Below are positions 31,881 to 42,743 of a stretch of DNA of 64,000 bases, one piece after another. Positions within the stretch are counted from its first letter, which is position 1; each line of letters begins with the position of its first letter. The notes beneath the pieces are model-generated. The model had not been told where the DNA came from. It ran no database searches and saw nothing but the letters and a program-made list of their open reading frames with translations. A program made the position numbers and the translations under genes. The stretch spans positions 640,001 to 704,000 of the forward strand of contig CBDHHL010000032.1 in assembly GCA_965263355.1 (NCBI GenBank), written 5' to 3'. Origin of the DNA: Leptolyngbyaceae cyanobacterium. Lineage in GTDB: Bacteria > Cyanobacteriota > Cyanobacteriia > Phormidesmidales > Phormidesmidaceae.

Positions 31881-32663
31881 CTAACTAGAGGCGCTGGTGT
31901 AAAACCTTAGGGCAAATCGCCAAAATAGACGAGATATTTGCAATAGGCCAAAGGCGAGTACACAGGACCCTGCGAGCCATGAAACCTCGATTCGATTAAG
32001 GAATACCTGGGCAGGTACCGTTGTCAGAAAGGCCACCGGAATCACAAAGGTGAAAAAGATACGAAAGGCTGCCGGATACGCCACGATCGGAAATCGTCCG
32101 GCTTCTAAAAAGCCACGTAGCACTTCGGTCACGTTGTAGATTTTGACAAACCAAATACTGGTAGCCCCTAACATAAACCAAAGGCTATATAGGCTCATAA
32201 AGCCTAAAGCAAGTGGCACCAACGCCACTACATAGTTGGTAAATCCTAATCCTAACTGTCTACCAGCATATGAAACCATCACAGCTCCCAATATCAAGTC
32301 TGGAAACCCCCAGGGTGAAATAGTGCGTGTGGATAACCAAAACTGTGAATTAATCGGCTTTAGCAGCACAAAATCTAAGGTGCCTTCTTGCACATGCTGG
32401 ACAATTCGATTTAGGTTAGGGCTTAAAAATGTAGCAGCAAACCCCTGCAGCATGGTGAACACACCTAATACCACTAAGGATTCTTGCCACTCCCAGCCTT
32501 GAAACTCATAGCCTGTGCGGTAAAACAAAAATAGCCCAAATAAACTGCCACCCAAGGCTGTTAAGCTACTCAGGGTGGCAATTAAAAAATTTAGGCGATA
32601 TTCAAGTTCAGCTGCGATCGCAACTTCCCAAAACAGCCGCAATACCCTTAAATACCGCCGCAC
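31881..32663 (-). CDS. ABC-2 type transporter permease (DUF990-like)
   Basis: ELEYRLNF, GTLDFVLLKPINSQF, GRFP and C-terminal YTSASS. Confidence 0.88.
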   Translation of the reverse strand: MRRYLRVLRLFWEVAIAAELEYRLNFLIATLSSLTALGGSLFGLFLFYRTGYEFQGWEWQESLVVLGVFTMLQGFAATFLSPNLNRIVQHVQEGTLDFVLLKPINSQFWLSTRTISPWGFPDLILGAVMVSYAGRQLGLGFTNYVVALVPLALGFMSLYSLWFMLGATSIWFVKIYNVTEVLRGFLEAGRFPIVAYPAAFRIFFTFVIPVAFLTTVPAQVFLNRIEVSWLAGSCVLAFGLLQISRLFWRFALRFYTSASS

Positions 32664-32728
32664 TGTTACCTACTCCAAGTCATCAGCTCTATCGTACCAA
32701 CATACCTTGGAAGAATGTACAGGTGTTT

Positions 32729-32764
32729 TATAAATCATGCGTTCCATGGAACACATGATTTATA
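32729..32764. terminator. Palindrome immediately after the sigma factor stop codon
   Basis: TATAAATCATGCGTTCCATGGAACACATGATTTATA near-perfect palindrome. Confidence 0.5.
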
Positions 32765-33484
32765 TTAAGCGGAGTGTTGACCATCGATATAACGTTTCAA
32801 CTCACCTTGCAAACGATAGCGAGCCCGAGCAATGCGAGATTTAACAGTACCTAAGGAAACACCTGTAATCTCAGCAATCTCTTCGTAGGGTAGTCCCTGA
32901 ATTTCTCTCAACACAATTGTGGTTCGGAACACTTCAGGCAATTCAGCAATAGCAGCTTGCAAACGCTCATAAAACTCATGGGTCATCATCGTATCTACAG
33001 GGCTAGGGTCGTCTGACGCAATTTCCCAATCAACCTGACCATCATCTAAATGACGAGGCGCATCCAGAGACAATGTGCCTGCGTGACGCTTACGCTTGCG
33101 TAGTTCGTCATAAAACAGATTAGTAGTAATACGACTCATCCAACCCTTAAACTTCACAGGTGACTGCAGACGATTCAAATTTCGATAAACACGAATCCAA
33201 ACCTCTTGAGCCAAATCGGCCCGATCAGACCAATCTGGAGCCAGATGATAAAGCTGGCGATCTACATGGGATTTGTATCGACGCATAAGCTCCGAAAACG
33301 GTGCCTGCTCTGGATAACGATGACGCTGACAAATGTTAATTAGCTCGGCTAGATCTAATTGGTTAAGCTGCTCAGCCACAAGCTTTTGGCTACTAGACTG
33401 AACTGCTTGAAAAGGAGAAAGTTGAGTGACGGAATCAAGAGTTCCAGTAGCTAGAGCGCGTGCGTCAAGTTGGATAGTAGTCAT
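32765..33484 (-). CDS. ECF sigma-70 factor, SigG-like
   Basis: DLAQEVWIRVYR, WMSRITTNLFYDELRKRKR and region 4 YEEIAEITGVSLGTVKSRIARAR. Confidence 0.9.
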   Translation of the reverse strand: MTTIQLDARALATGTLDSVTQLSPFQAVQSSSQKLVAEQLNQLDLAELINICQRHRYPEQAPFSELMRRYKSHVDRQLYHLAPDWSDRADLAQEVWIRVYRNLNRLQSPVKFKGWMSRITTNLFYDELRKRKRHAGTLSLDAPRHLDDGQVDWEIASDDPSPVDTMMTHEFYERLQAAIAELPEVFRTTIVLREIQGLPYEEIAEITGVSLGTVKSRIARARYRLQGELKRYIDGQHSA

Positions 33485-33936
33485 AATAAAAACAATTCAG
33501 GAAGCTGTTTTATACCGGGGGCCAAATTGATTAGGCATGGCACCTAATTTCTGTTAGCAAGAATAGCTATGAGCTAAACCTAGAAGAACAAAGCTCTTCG
33601 TAAATATCACTGAGCTTGCCGACTAGTGTAATAAACGCTACTTCTAACAAACATCAGCCATCTAACCGAGCGTTTTTCTTAATAAAACTCTCATTACTAC
33701 TTTAGTCTTTGGTCTATGGTTAGTCCGTAAAGTGTTAGTTAAGAGATACGCAATAAACGCTTTTATCTAGGAAGAAAGTTCAACTTAGTAGGTGAAAACA
33801 TGGAGTTTATAAAGACAGCTAGGCCAAACATAAATCTATGACAAATAAGCCACATATCAACTTTGTATAGACACTCTTGATTTCACCTTCTCTACATATA
33901 CTTAGGTATCCTATGTGCTGTTGTGACAACAATTAC

Positions 33937-34737
33937 CTAAGCCCCCATACCCGAGTATCGCTTTAACCCTTGACGCCATAGCCAACGGTTAACACTCCAA
34001 AAAATTAAGCACCACAATAATGTCATGGCCGTACTTTTGCCGATATCTACTGGTAAACCCACCATTAGACTAGCTGGTACATAAATTAGATACGGAAACG
34101 GCGTCCACATTACTACGGAGCGGACAGCATCAGGAAATAAGACCAGAGGTGCCACCATGCCTGAGAAGAAGGTGTAAAGCAAAAATGAAAATTGTTCAAT
34201 TGCGATCGCTCGTTCCAACCAGAATGCTGCCATGGCATAGGTGTACTGCATTAAAAAGCGCAGACCAAAGGCCAATGCCGTCAACAGTAACCCCCAACCC
34301 AGATGAACAGGCTGTTGTCTTGCCACCGGATATAACATCAAAAATAGCCCCACTAAGACAGCTATAAACGGTAATCGCGCTAAACGTTCAGCTAAATGGG
34401 AAGAAAAATGACGCCAGCCTGGATCTAGGGGTTGTAATAGTAGCGGCGATAGTTTACCTTCCAACACTTCTCGCTCAAAATCCCAAATCACCCATACAAC
34501 CGTTAGTTGACGCACTACAAACACAGCCAGAAAATAGCGCACCACATCGTCAGAGGTAAGTTCAAACTGACCACTACGGGCCGCTTCTTGCCACACTCCC
34601 ATGAGAATCAAGGGAAATGAGCCAGAAAGAACCCAAAACATGAGTTCGGCTCGATACTCAAGCATGTAGGCATAATAAACCGACAGTAACGTCGGGATTA
34701 CTCGTAACAGACGCTGAAGGTAACCGAACAAAGGCAT
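33937..34737 (-). CDS. ABC-2 type transporter permease (DUF990-like), partner of 31881-32663
   Basis: YMLEYRAE, EGKLSPLLLQPLDP, FSGMVAPL, TPFPY and C-terminal YSGMGA. Confidence 0.88.
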   Translation of the reverse strand: MPLFGYLQRLLRVIPTLLSVYYAYMLEYRAELMFWVLSGSFPLILMGVWQEAARSGQFELTSDDVVRYFLAVFVVRQLTVVWVIWDFEREVLEGKLSPLLLQPLDPGWRHFSSHLAERLARLPFIAVLVGLFLMLYPVARQQPVHLGWGLLLTALAFGLRFLMQYTYAMAAFWLERAIAIEQFSFLLYTFFSGMVAPLVLFPDAVRSVVMWTPFPYLIYVPASLMVGLPVDIGKSTAMTLLWCLIFWSVNRWLWRQGLKRYSGMGA

Positions 34738-34809
34738 GGGGCAATTACAGCAGGCATAAAATCAGTGTAGTTGGTTATGCTGACGATAAGGGTGATAGAG
34801 GGTCAAACA

Positions 34810-35229
34810 ATGCTCAGGATTTCTAACCAGGTGACAATACCCGATTGTGAAATTGAACTGCAAGCGGTTAGAGCGCAGGGTGCAGGTGGCCAAAACGTAA
34901 ATAAGGTGGCCACCGCCATCCACCTACGGTTTGATATCCCCGCATCATCTTTACCGGAACATTACAAAACCAAGTTATTGGCACTAAACGATAGTCGAAT
35001 GACCAAAGACGGTGTCATCAATATTAAGTCCCAGGCTCACCGCACTCAGCTCCGTAATAAGACTGACGCTTTAGAACGACTGCAGCAGCTGATTCGAGCA
35101 GCCATGGTGGTGAAGAAAAAGCGCAAACCTACAAAACCCAGTAAAGCGGCTAAACAACGACGTCTTGATAGCAAAGCTAAACGAAGCCAACGTAAAACAT
35201 CACGCGGTCGCGTTAGCTACGAGGAATAG
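34810..35229 (+). CDS. arfB: Alternative ribosome rescue peptidyl-tRNA hydrolase ArfB (YaeJ)
   Basis: RAQGAGGQNVNK (GGQ motif) and basic tail RKPTKPSKAAKQRRLDSK; start trimmed to MLRISN. Confidence 0.93.
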   Translation: MLRISNQVTIPDCEIELQAVRAQGAGGQNVNKVATAIHLRFDIPASSLPEHYKTKLLALNDSRMTKDGVINIKSQAHRTQLRNKTDALERLQQLIRAAMVVKKKRKPTKPSKAAKQRRLDSKAKRSQRKTSRGRVSYEE

Positions 35230-35234
35230 ATGCC

Positions 35235-35651
35235 ATGGCGACCAAAGACCGATACCATGATGCTGTACGTAACGCCATTATTAAGGATGGCTGGACCATT
35301 ACCCATGATCCGCTCTATCTGGACTTTGATAGTGCGAGAGTGCAGGTGGACTTAGCAGCAGAAAGATTAATTGCAGCTCAGCGCGGTGCAGAACAAATTG
35401 CCATTGAGATCAAAAGTTTTTTATCCGCTTCCACTATCTATGAATTTCATCTTGCAGTGGGACAGTGCATGAGCTATCGCATTGCTTTACGCGCCCAAGA
35501 ACCCGAGCGACAGCTCTATCTTGCCGTGCCCAACTTCACCTATGAAGCATTCTTTAGTCGACCTTTAGCTAAAGAAACCACCGAAGAAGCCAAAATAAAG
35601 TTATTAGTCTACGATCCAGAGCAGGAGGCGGTTGATAGATGGATAAACTAG
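35235..35651 (+). CDS. xisH: XisH family protein
   Basis: KDRYHDAVRNAIIKDGWTITHDPL, DLAAE, IAIEIKSF, FHLAVGQ and EPERQLYLAVP. Confidence 0.93.
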   Translation: MATKDRYHDAVRNAIIKDGWTITHDPLYLDFDSARVQVDLAAERLIAAQRGAEQIAIEIKSFLSASTIYEFHLAVGQCMSYRIALRAQEPERQLYLAVPNFTYEAFFSRPLAKETTEEAKIKLLVYDPEQEAVDRWIN

Positions 35652-35974
35652 ATCAGTATCGCCAATGGATTCAAGAACTTCTGTTGGAATATGCCAATGT
35701 AACGCTAGCGAATGAAGCTATCAAGGTATACAAATTTTTTGATGCTGAAGGCGATCATTATCAGGTCTTCCATGCTGGTTGGTCCAAGACCCGTCGGATT
35801 TTTGGGCCGTTGATCCACATCGATATTTTGGATGGCAAGCTGTGGATTCAGCATGATGGCACTGAGGTAGGCATTGCCAATCGGTTGCTAGAGTTAGGGA
35901 TTCCAGCAGAGGACATTGTGCTGGGGTACCATGCCCCCTTTATGCGACAGCACGATGGATTTTCGGTTGGGTAA
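35639..35974 (+). CDS. xisI: XisI family protein
   Basis: MDKLDQYR, DHYQ, IHIDILDGKLWIQHDGTEVGIA and DIVLGYH; overlaps xisH. Confidence 0.93.
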   Translation: MDKLDQYRQWIQELLLEYANVTLANEAIKVYKFFDAEGDHYQVFHAGWSKTRRIFGPLIHIDILDGKLWIQHDGTEVGIANRLLELGIPAEDIVLGYHAPFMRQHDGFSVG

Positions 35975-36024
35975 ATTACTTTTTAGTACACTAGATTTTT
36001 ATAATCCTTCTGAGATGGGACTCC

Positions 36025-36960
36025 ATGAAGTTCTGGTTGTTGTGTCTGATTAGTTTAGGTTGTCTTGGCATTGGTTGCCTTGCGGCTGTTAAAATTGCGG
36101 CCCGACTATACAGCTTGGATATAGGAACTGGGGTTAGCCAACCTCAAGTGTCGAAGCATGAAAATATGGATACATCACAAAGAGAACAGTGACACAAGAG
36201 GCCCTTGATCACTTCACAAGGCCATAGAGTGAACAACGTGGTCTAGACTCTATAGAATCCAATAGAAGCTCTATACTGATCAACGCTTCCATCGATGAAC
36301 TCGCCAGTGTGTTACAGGGCATTGCCCTTGAATCTAAGAAGAGTGTTTTAGATTCTTCTATTGATAGAACGGATTGTTTCTTTTTGACTTATCAACTCGT
36401 TGGGCAACATTGGTCCACTGTTTTACAACAATGCAATCAACCCACTGAAGCAGAACTCTCAGCGCTTTTAGATAAGCCTGTTATAGAGTTAAATGTGAGC
36501 GATGGTGCAAACTTTATTGGTTATCGATTGTTTGAACAAGGCGAACTCATGGAATACTTTCAGGCATCAGAAGAAGATAACTACCAAGTAAACAACAAGT
36601 ATGAATTGGCTCTTGAAAAATACATACTGCAACCTTATCCAATAGACCCTGAATATCCTGAAGAAGTGCTAATACAGACAGCCTATTTTTGGTCGCGTGA
36701 GCATCAGATGACCGCTGAGGATATTGGTAATATCTGGGATTTTGTCAATATCTTCTTAGAAAAACAAGATGCTTACGATCCAGCCTTCGATTTCGGGGAT
36801 TTTCTTGGCGACTACAATCCTCAGCAGAGTAAGCACTACCAAATTTCTATGTCCAAATTCTACAATGTTGCTTGGTTACGATGAAAGCTCTGGACGCAAT
36901 CAGACAGTAACGTTTGAACCTGAATTTGTCAGGGTAGATTATTTCCGATTTGGCAACTGA
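36025..36960 (+). pseudogene. Disrupted hypothetical gene with signal-like N-terminus (two frameshifts and one nonsense codon)
   Basis: MKFWLLCLISLG... from 36025 stops at 36192. The frame of ORF 36309 reads upstream as TQEALDHFTRP*SEQRGLDS with TAG at 36225. The C-terminus ...EPEFVRVDYFRFGN lies in another frame ending at 36960. Confidence 0.6.
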
Positions 36961-36963
36961 TTC

Positions 36964-38514
36964 CTAAGCCCTGATCACAGTAACAGAATACTGTCGTTCC
37001 GAAACAACCGTCTTTACCGCAAGTCTCTCTTCAATCGGTAATGTCTGCGAACGACGGTCAAAAATCACCAGCCAACCGCTGTTCTGCTTTAGACGAGCCA
37101 GGTAGCTATCCAACTGCTCCAAACCTTTTGCCAATGGGTCAGCCTTTTTATCACGCCATACTTTGAGTTCGATACCCAGGGTGATGTCGCCATAGCGGAG
37201 GCAAAGGTCCATGCGATCGCTACCTATCGCATACTCCCGCTCCAGCGTACCACCGCCATTAATCACCCGATGCAAAAATGCCATCAGCACCAGATGAGGC
37301 GCAATTTCATGGTAAGCCGCACTGTTTAACAACGGTTCACCATGCTGTCGCCAGAACGTTAAAAATGCATCTAGCAATGCCTGTGTATCCAGCTTTCCAT
37401 CCGCCGTTAGCCAGGAGGGCGAAATCGTCGGCAAACTATCCTGGGGACCTTGCACCAAAAATCGAAGTAAAACTTCTCGGTAAATCGGGTTAGCCACCAA
37501 AAGACCTCCCCCCTGGGGACGCTTAAGCAATCCCAAATCCACTAAATACTGTCGATCATCATTGGAGGTAACCGGTAGCGATAATCCTGCCAACATCGGT
37601 TCCATAATGGCCTTGACCCGTTGCTCTCGTAATCGTTCCGCCAAACTATCAAGGTGAGTATCTCGGCGCTCCAGGAGAATCTCTTTGGCCTGTTGGACCA
37701 ACTCTAGCGTAATTGTTGTTGTTGGTTCTGGTGCGAGCACTTCAACCAGTTGTCGGGCCAGGGCATTGACCAACCAAGGTTGTCCGTTAGTCAGCTCAAA
37801 CACCAAGTTTACAGCGTCCTGAGAGAATACCTGCCCCGTCTCATCCGTATGCTGCTGGTAAAGCTCAGCTACTTCTTGTGGTGTAAAATCTCGCATCGTA
37901 ATGGACTCCGCCTTAATGTTAAACGGACTCGACGTATTCAAACGGTCACTACCTCCTGATGCCACCTTGTAGTCCCGCACATCACGTAGACCGATGAGCG
38001 CCACAGACTGAGGAAATGCCTTCGGACGACTACGAAAGCCATTGCGCAGCTGGCGTAATACTGATATCTGTGCTCCATTTTGTAATGTGTCAATTTCATC
38101 AACAAACAGTACCAATGGTCTAGGAATTGCCTGACTCCATGTCTTAAGGGCAGCCTCAATGCGCTGACCCACAGCTGCATCAGGCCAGGATGGTGGCCAA
38201 CAATCTGCTGGTAGATAAATTTCAGCATCGTTACGCCAGCTAGCCAATAATGCCAACTCTGTAGTACCTGGCTCATGGGAAAACGGAGCCCCTAATTCTG
38301 CTGAGACCATCACTGCAGCATATTGTCCTGCAGCTGTTAACTTTTGGGCTAATGCCAACATTGATGTAGTTTTACCAACCTGGCGCGGTGCGTGTAAGAC
38401 AAAATAGTTCCGCTGGGCAATTAATCGCTCTATATTCGGAAGCCGGTCATCGGATACTACTGTGTAATGGATATCAGGCTGGCAAGGACCTGTCGTATTA
38501 AACCAACGAGACAT
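36964..38514 (-). CDS. AAA-type ATPase with C-terminal PD-(D/E)XK-like domain
   Basis: FNTTGPC, Walker A APRQVGKT, Walker B LFVDEID, SPFNIK; C-terminal REYAIGSDRMDL...GIELK...QLDSY. Confidence 0.82.
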   Translation of the reverse strand: MSRWFNTTGPCQPDIHYTVVSDDRLPNIERLIAQRNYFVLHAPRQVGKTTSMLALAQKLTAAGQYAAVMVSAELGAPFSHEPGTTELALLASWRNDAEIYLPADCWPPSWPDAAVGQRIEAALKTWSQAIPRPLVLFVDEIDTLQNGAQISVLRQLRNGFRSRPKAFPQSVALIGLRDVRDYKVASGGSDRLNTSSPFNIKAESITMRDFTPQEVAELYQQHTDETGQVFSQDAVNLVFELTNGQPWLVNALARQLVEVLAPEPTTTITLELVQQAKEILLERRDTHLDSLAERLREQRVKAIMEPMLAGLSLPVTSNDDRQYLVDLGLLKRPQGGGLLVANPIYREVLLRFLVQGPQDSLPTISPSWLTADGKLDTQALLDAFLTFWRQHGEPLLNSAAYHEIAPHLVLMAFLHRVINGGGTLEREYAIGSDRMDLCLRYGDITLGIELKVWRDKKADPLAKGLEQLDSYLARLKQNSGWLVIFDRRSQTLPIEERLAVKTVVSERQYSVTVIRA

Positions 38515-38544
38515 AAGCGGCTTAGCGACTACGATAGTCAAACT

Positions 38545-40449
38545 CTAAGATGATTCTGGATGAAAGTATTCATAAATTTGCTGGGCTAGCTGGGGACCGA
38601 TGCCGGATACAGCGGTTAATCGTTCTACGCTGGCCTCACGGATATAGTCAATAGACCGAAACTCTGCTAGCAGCATCTTTTGCCGATGATGGCCCAGACC
38701 AGGAATTTCACTCAGACGAGAACGTCGCATGCGGTCTGTACGTTTTTTGCGATGAAAGCTGACAGCAAATCGGTGGGCTTCATCGCGCAGCCGTCGCAAT
38801 AGCAGCACCCCCGGTTGTTCCGCCTCGGTGGGTAAGGGGGTTGACTCTTCAGGTAAAAAGATCTCTTCTCGCTTTTTAGCCAGACTGACCACATGCAATT
38901 CACTCAGCAGGTTCAATTCTTTCAGAACCTCAACCACGGCTGATAGCTGACCTTTACCACCGTCAATCATGACCAGGTCAGGCCAATCTGGATTACCAAT
39001 CCGTTCCTTTGATGGGTCTTCTGCATACTTACGAAACCGACGACGAATCACCTCGGCCATGCTGGCAAAGTCATCGGAATGACCGCTGGTAACTTTAGGA
39101 TTTTTGATTTTGTAATGGCGATAGTGCTGCTTGGCCGGCAGACCATCGACAAACACCACCTGAGATGCCACAGCATCGGAACCTTGAATGTGGGAAATGT
39201 CATACCCCTCAATTCGTTTTGGCTGCCCTGGTAAATCTACGATCTCTGCCAGGTCTTGCATGGCCTGATTATTACGATCAGCAAATCGCTGGGTCCGGGC
39301 TAGCTCATACTGGGCATTGCGCTCCACCATTTCCACCAGTTCTGCTTTGGACTGTCGTTGAGGTACTTCAATGGTTACTTTACGCCCCTTCTGCTGGGTG
39401 AGAAACTCTGCCAGCATGTCGGCATCCGGTAACGGATGCTGCACCATAATTTCGCTGGGAATTTCTACCGCATCGACCTTGGGGTAATGCTCCTCCAGGA
39501 CTCGCTGAAGAATTTGTCCCGGTGAACCGGACTCAGTCTCGGCAACAAACCCCAGGCGGCCTACCAAACGACCGGCGCGAATTTGAAAGAGCTGAATGCA
39601 GGTATGCTGATCGTCGCCAGATAGTGCGATCGCATCCCGAGAAATCGTATCATCTGGCAGCGCCACCTTTTGATGGGCACTCAGGGTTTGCAAACCGCGA
39701 ATTTGGTCCCGCAACTTAGCCGCCTGTTCAAAATTAAGCTTTTCAGCCGCCCTTTCCATTTGGACAGTTAAGATCGACTCCAACTCCTGGACTCGCCCTT
39801 GAAAAACCATGGCAACCCTTTGGACAATCTTGTGATAATCCTCTGGCGTGATCAGCGCCTGGCACACACCAGGACATTGACCAATATCATAATTAAGACA
39901 GGGCCGATCTTTAAATAAGGGCTGACGTCGCTGCCGCAACGGAAATATTTTTTTCGAAATATGCAGCGTCCGGCGTAGTAACCCCGTATCAACATAAGGA
40001 CCGTAGTAGCGATCTTTCTTAGTCGTTTTGCGGCGCTTGCGGGTAATAAAAATTCGCGGGTAGTCTTCAGACCAGGTAATGCAAAGGTAGGGATACTTTT
40101 TATCATCCTTAAGCAGCACATTAAAATAAGGTTGATGCTGCTTAATTAGGTTGGCTTCCAGAGCCAGGGCCTCTGCCTCGGTGTCGGTAACGATAAATTC
40201 AATATCGACTACCTGGGTCACCATCACCGCAATGCGGGGAGTATGCTGCTGCTGACCATCCCTAAAATAGGAACGCACTCGATTGCGCAGGCTTTTAGAC
40301 TTACCGATATAAAGGATTTGATCATCCCCATCCCGCATAAAGTAAACACCTGGTTCCTGGGGAATTTCCTTGAGGCGAGTTTCTAAGCGTTCAGCGTCTT
40401 TTAATAGCGTCTTAACAGTAGCAGCGGAAGGCACCAAGAGTCTCTCCAC
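38545..40449 (-). CDS. uvrC: Excinuclease ABC subunit C
   Basis: GIY-YIG motif PGVY...[45 protein letters not shown] and HhH tail. Confidence 0.98.
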   Translation of the reverse strand: MERLLVPSAATVKTLLKDAERLETRLKEIPQEPGVYFMRDGDDQILYIGKSKSLRNRVRSYFRDGQQQHTPRIAVMVTQVVDIEFIVTDTEAEALALEANLIKQHQPYFNVLLKDDKKYPYLCITWSEDYPRIFITRKRRKTTKKDRYYGPYVDTGLLRRTLHISKKIFPLRQRRQPLFKDRPCLNYDIGQCPGVCQALITPEDYHKIVQRVAMVFQGRVQELESILTVQMERAAEKLNFEQAAKLRDQIRGLQTLSAHQKVALPDDTISRDAIALSGDDQHTCIQLFQIRAGRLVGRLGFVAETESGSPGQILQRVLEEHYPKVDAVEIPSEIMVQHPLPDADMLAEFLTQQKGRKVTIEVPQRQSKAELVEMVERNAQYELARTQRFADRNNQAMQDLAEIVDLPGQPKRIEGYDISHIQGSDAVASQVVFVDGLPAKQHYRHYKIKNPKVTSGHSDDFASMAEVIRRRFRKYAEDPSKERIGNPDWPDLVMIDGGKGQLSAVVEVLKELNLLSELHVVSLAKKREEIFLPEESTPLPTEAEQPGVLLLRRLRDEAHRFAVSFHRKKRTDRMRRSRLSEIPGLGHHRQKMLLAEFRSIDYIREASVERLTAVSGIGPQLAQQIYEYFHPESS

Positions 40450-40518
40450 ATCAGTTCTATTAGAAAAGGGTTGTCCATTGCCTTTTTATTCTGCATACAT
40501 TTGTCCTAACCAGGTCAG

Positions 40519-40800
40519 CTAGAACATCTTTAGTAGCCCTTGCTGTCCTACAAAAATTTCTCGCAACAAACTAATAAATGCAACCCAAATGATTGGAGAA
40601 ATATCCACCCCCCCAAAAGGTGGAATCACCTTACGCACTGGAATCAAAAAGGGCTCAGTCGGCCAATAGACCAAATTGAAGGGAAATTTAGTGGATTCCG
40701 CCTCTGGATACCAAGTCAAAACGATGCGGAAAATAAACAATAAGGTCATCACCGCTAGCAGCGGCCCAACGATCCAATTGCTAATCACGATACCTGACAT
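40519..40800 (-). CDS. YggT family membrane protein
   Basis: RIVLTWYP, PTEPFLIPVRKVIPPFGGVDISPI. Confidence 0.92.
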   Translation of the reverse strand: MSGIVISNWIVGPLLAVMTLLFIFRIVLTWYPEAESTKFPFNLVYWPTEPFLIPVRKVIPPFGGVDISPIIWVAFISLLREIFVGQQGLLKMF

Positions 40801-41049
40801 CGTCAAACGTCCTCGTTAAATGAGTAATTCACTTTAAGGATTGTAAAGCTTAGTTTAATGATCAGGCACTTCAAATCCATGAACTTTTTGATTAAAAATC
40901 TAAAAAACCTTGATACAAAAGCATTTAGCGATTTCAAAGTATCTGTACCTTGACTTTGGTCAAAATTAAAAGGCTTCTCAAGGTTAACGTTGCTCGATAC
41001 TATATTAAGCAAGCATTACAAACGTTTGCGGATCTAAAGAGTTGAGGCC

Positions 41050-41166
41050 ATGACACCATCACTAACTAATTTCTTATTGAGCCTGGTCGCTGGCGCTGCA
41101 ATTGTAGTTATTCCAGCAACTGTCGCTCTCGTATTTATCAGTCAACGCGACAAGATTAAGCGCTAA
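41050..41166 (+). CDS. psbX: Photosystem II reaction centre protein X
   Basis: Not in ORF track. Manual translation [38 protein letters not shown]; lies between yggT and ycf66. Confidence 0.95.
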   Translation: MTPSLTNFLLSLVAGAAIVVIPATVALVFISQRDKIKR

Positions 41167-41260
41167 GCCTTCATACATCTAGCTTGAAATAGGTGACACT
41201 GTTTTAAGCCTAGGCAAGGCTACAGATAATTTCCTGGTCAATGTTTTGTGTAAATGAACC

Positions 41261-41290
41261 GAGAGTACAGCGTGAGCTGTGCTCTTTTTT
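41261..41290 (+). terminator. Rho-independent terminator after psbX
   Basis: GAGAGTACAGC-gtga-GCTGTGCTCT followed by a T-run. Confidence 0.75.
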
Positions 41291-41306
41291 ATGGCTAATA
41301 TGAAAT

Positions 41307-41357
41307 CCTGATGGTTGCCCCGATATCATGGGGCAACCATCAGGGATTGCCCTTACG
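41307..41357. repeat. 15 bp inverted repeat overlapping a REP-like element
   Basis: CCTGATGGTTGCCCC-gatatcat-GGGGCAACCATCAGG; the right arm continues GATTGCCCTTAC. Confidence 0.65.
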
Positions 41358-41570
41358 GGTCAATGTATTTTTAATCGGAGTTATCGGAGTTAATGGATGC
41401 GGGCTTGGCATAACTCATTGTTCCTATGGGTTACAAATAAACCTCTGATATACAGTTAATTTGCCAAAAGACAAATCCATTGCTGCCCGCTACGATAGAA
41501 TTGGTGGCCATGGATTGTCATATCATGCACAACGCTGATTAGAGGGCAACCATCATATGAGGAAGCAATT

Positions 41571-42443
41571 GTGAATTTTGGTACTCCTGTCCCGCTACTG
41601 GTTGGATTAATACTCATTCTCGGTGCGGTTGGGTTATTTTTTCTAGACAAATACAAACCTGGCTATGCACGCAGCTCTGACAAGGTTTACTCGATTTTGC
41701 TTTTGCTGTCTGGCATTTTTCTGCTAGCCCATTTGAATATGGAGCTTTTAGCTTCCTTTCAGCAGGTCATGCTAGTGGGCATGCTAACCACCCTGATTAT
41801 CAATGACATCACTAAGCGTGAATCTAACCGTAATACGACTCGTTCCATAGATCGCGATGGCCCTCCAAGACGTTATGATGAGCGGCCAAGGCGAGTTTAT
41901 CGAGCTGAATTAGATGATTGGGATGCCCCTGGGCCACCCCGCATTCCTAGCGATCGCTATAGCAACGAACCCTACAGCGATCGCTACGATTCCCGGCCAT
42001 TGGAACCTCGGACAGCGCCTTATGATGAGCGTCGTCGACCACCGGCTCGTTTACAGCCAAGTCCGCAGGGGAGAGGGCAGTTTGATAATTATGCTGGCGA
42101 TCGCAACCGTCCAGAGCCCCGTCCAAATGAGCGGCCAGATAGGTTCTACAGCAATCCTCGCTATGATCAAGCAGGTCCGCAAGCTCCCAACAATCGTCCT
42201 CAGCAACAACCACAACCACCCATCCCCACAGGCAATGGAGCCGCTCATAGTTTAGGCGGTTTACCACAACAGCCCCCTAGAAATACTGAGCCTCGTAACG
42301 AGCGTCCTCCACTAAATGTTCAACCTCGACCTCAAGACGCTAGCGAAGGTAGTTATACAAATTTTCGTCCAGCACCTTCTGATAGTGGCGATTCAGCTCC
42401 CTATTCCGATACTCCACCACCGCAGCCACCGGCCAATTATTAA
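41571..42443 (+). CDS. Ycf66 family protein with long Pro/Arg-rich disordered tail
   Basis: MNFGTP N-terminal hydrophobic domain, D.VYS.LLLLSG.FL and FQQVML; located after psbX. Confidence 0.75.
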   Translation: MNFGTPVPLLVGLILILGAVGLFFLDKYKPGYARSSDKVYSILLLLSGIFLLAHLNMELLASFQQVMLVGMLTTLIINDITKRESNRNTTRSIDRDGPPRRYDERPRRVYRAELDDWDAPGPPRIPSDRYSNEPYSDRYDSRPLEPRTAPYDERRRPPARLQPSPQGRGQFDNYAGDRNRPEPRPNERPDRFYSNPRYDQAGPQAPNNRPQQQPQPPIPTGNGAAHSLGGLPQQPPRNTEPRNERPPLNVQPRPQDASEGSYTNFRPAPSDSGDSAPYSDTPPPQPPANY

Positions 42444-42493
42444 CCACCTTACTTACACTAGCCTTTTCATTAGGAACATAAATATCACCACCA

Positions 42494-42742
42494 ATGGTCA
42501 GAAAAAAACCTACCCAAGCCCACATCACCAAGCTCATTTCTAAAAGCCAGTCAGAATTCCTGAAAGCACGGACAAAAAAGCAGACGGAATACTATATGGG
42601 AGCAAAGTTAATTGAGGTAGGCATCAACCCCGATCAGGCGATTTATCGCTGGAAGGTTGTCGACAAAGGTCTAAAGGAAGAATGGACTTACAGCGCCTAC
42701 TGGGGTGATAGTAAGGAAAAAATAGAAGCGGCAGAGGGATAA
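42494..42742 (+). CDS. Hypothetical protein (82 aa)
   Basis: Fills the gap between genes; protein-like composition with YYMGAKLIEVG and WTYSAYWG. Confidence 0.65.
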   Translation: MVRKKPTQAHITKLISKSQSEFLKARTKKQTEYYMGAKLIEVGINPDQAIYRWKVVDKGLKEEWTYSAYWGDSKEKIEAAEG

Positions 42743-42743
42743 C

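Noticed and set aside
35235..35974. fdxN-type excision element or prophage
   Set aside because: No XisF or other recombinase, no interrupted target gene and no att-like repeats were seen.
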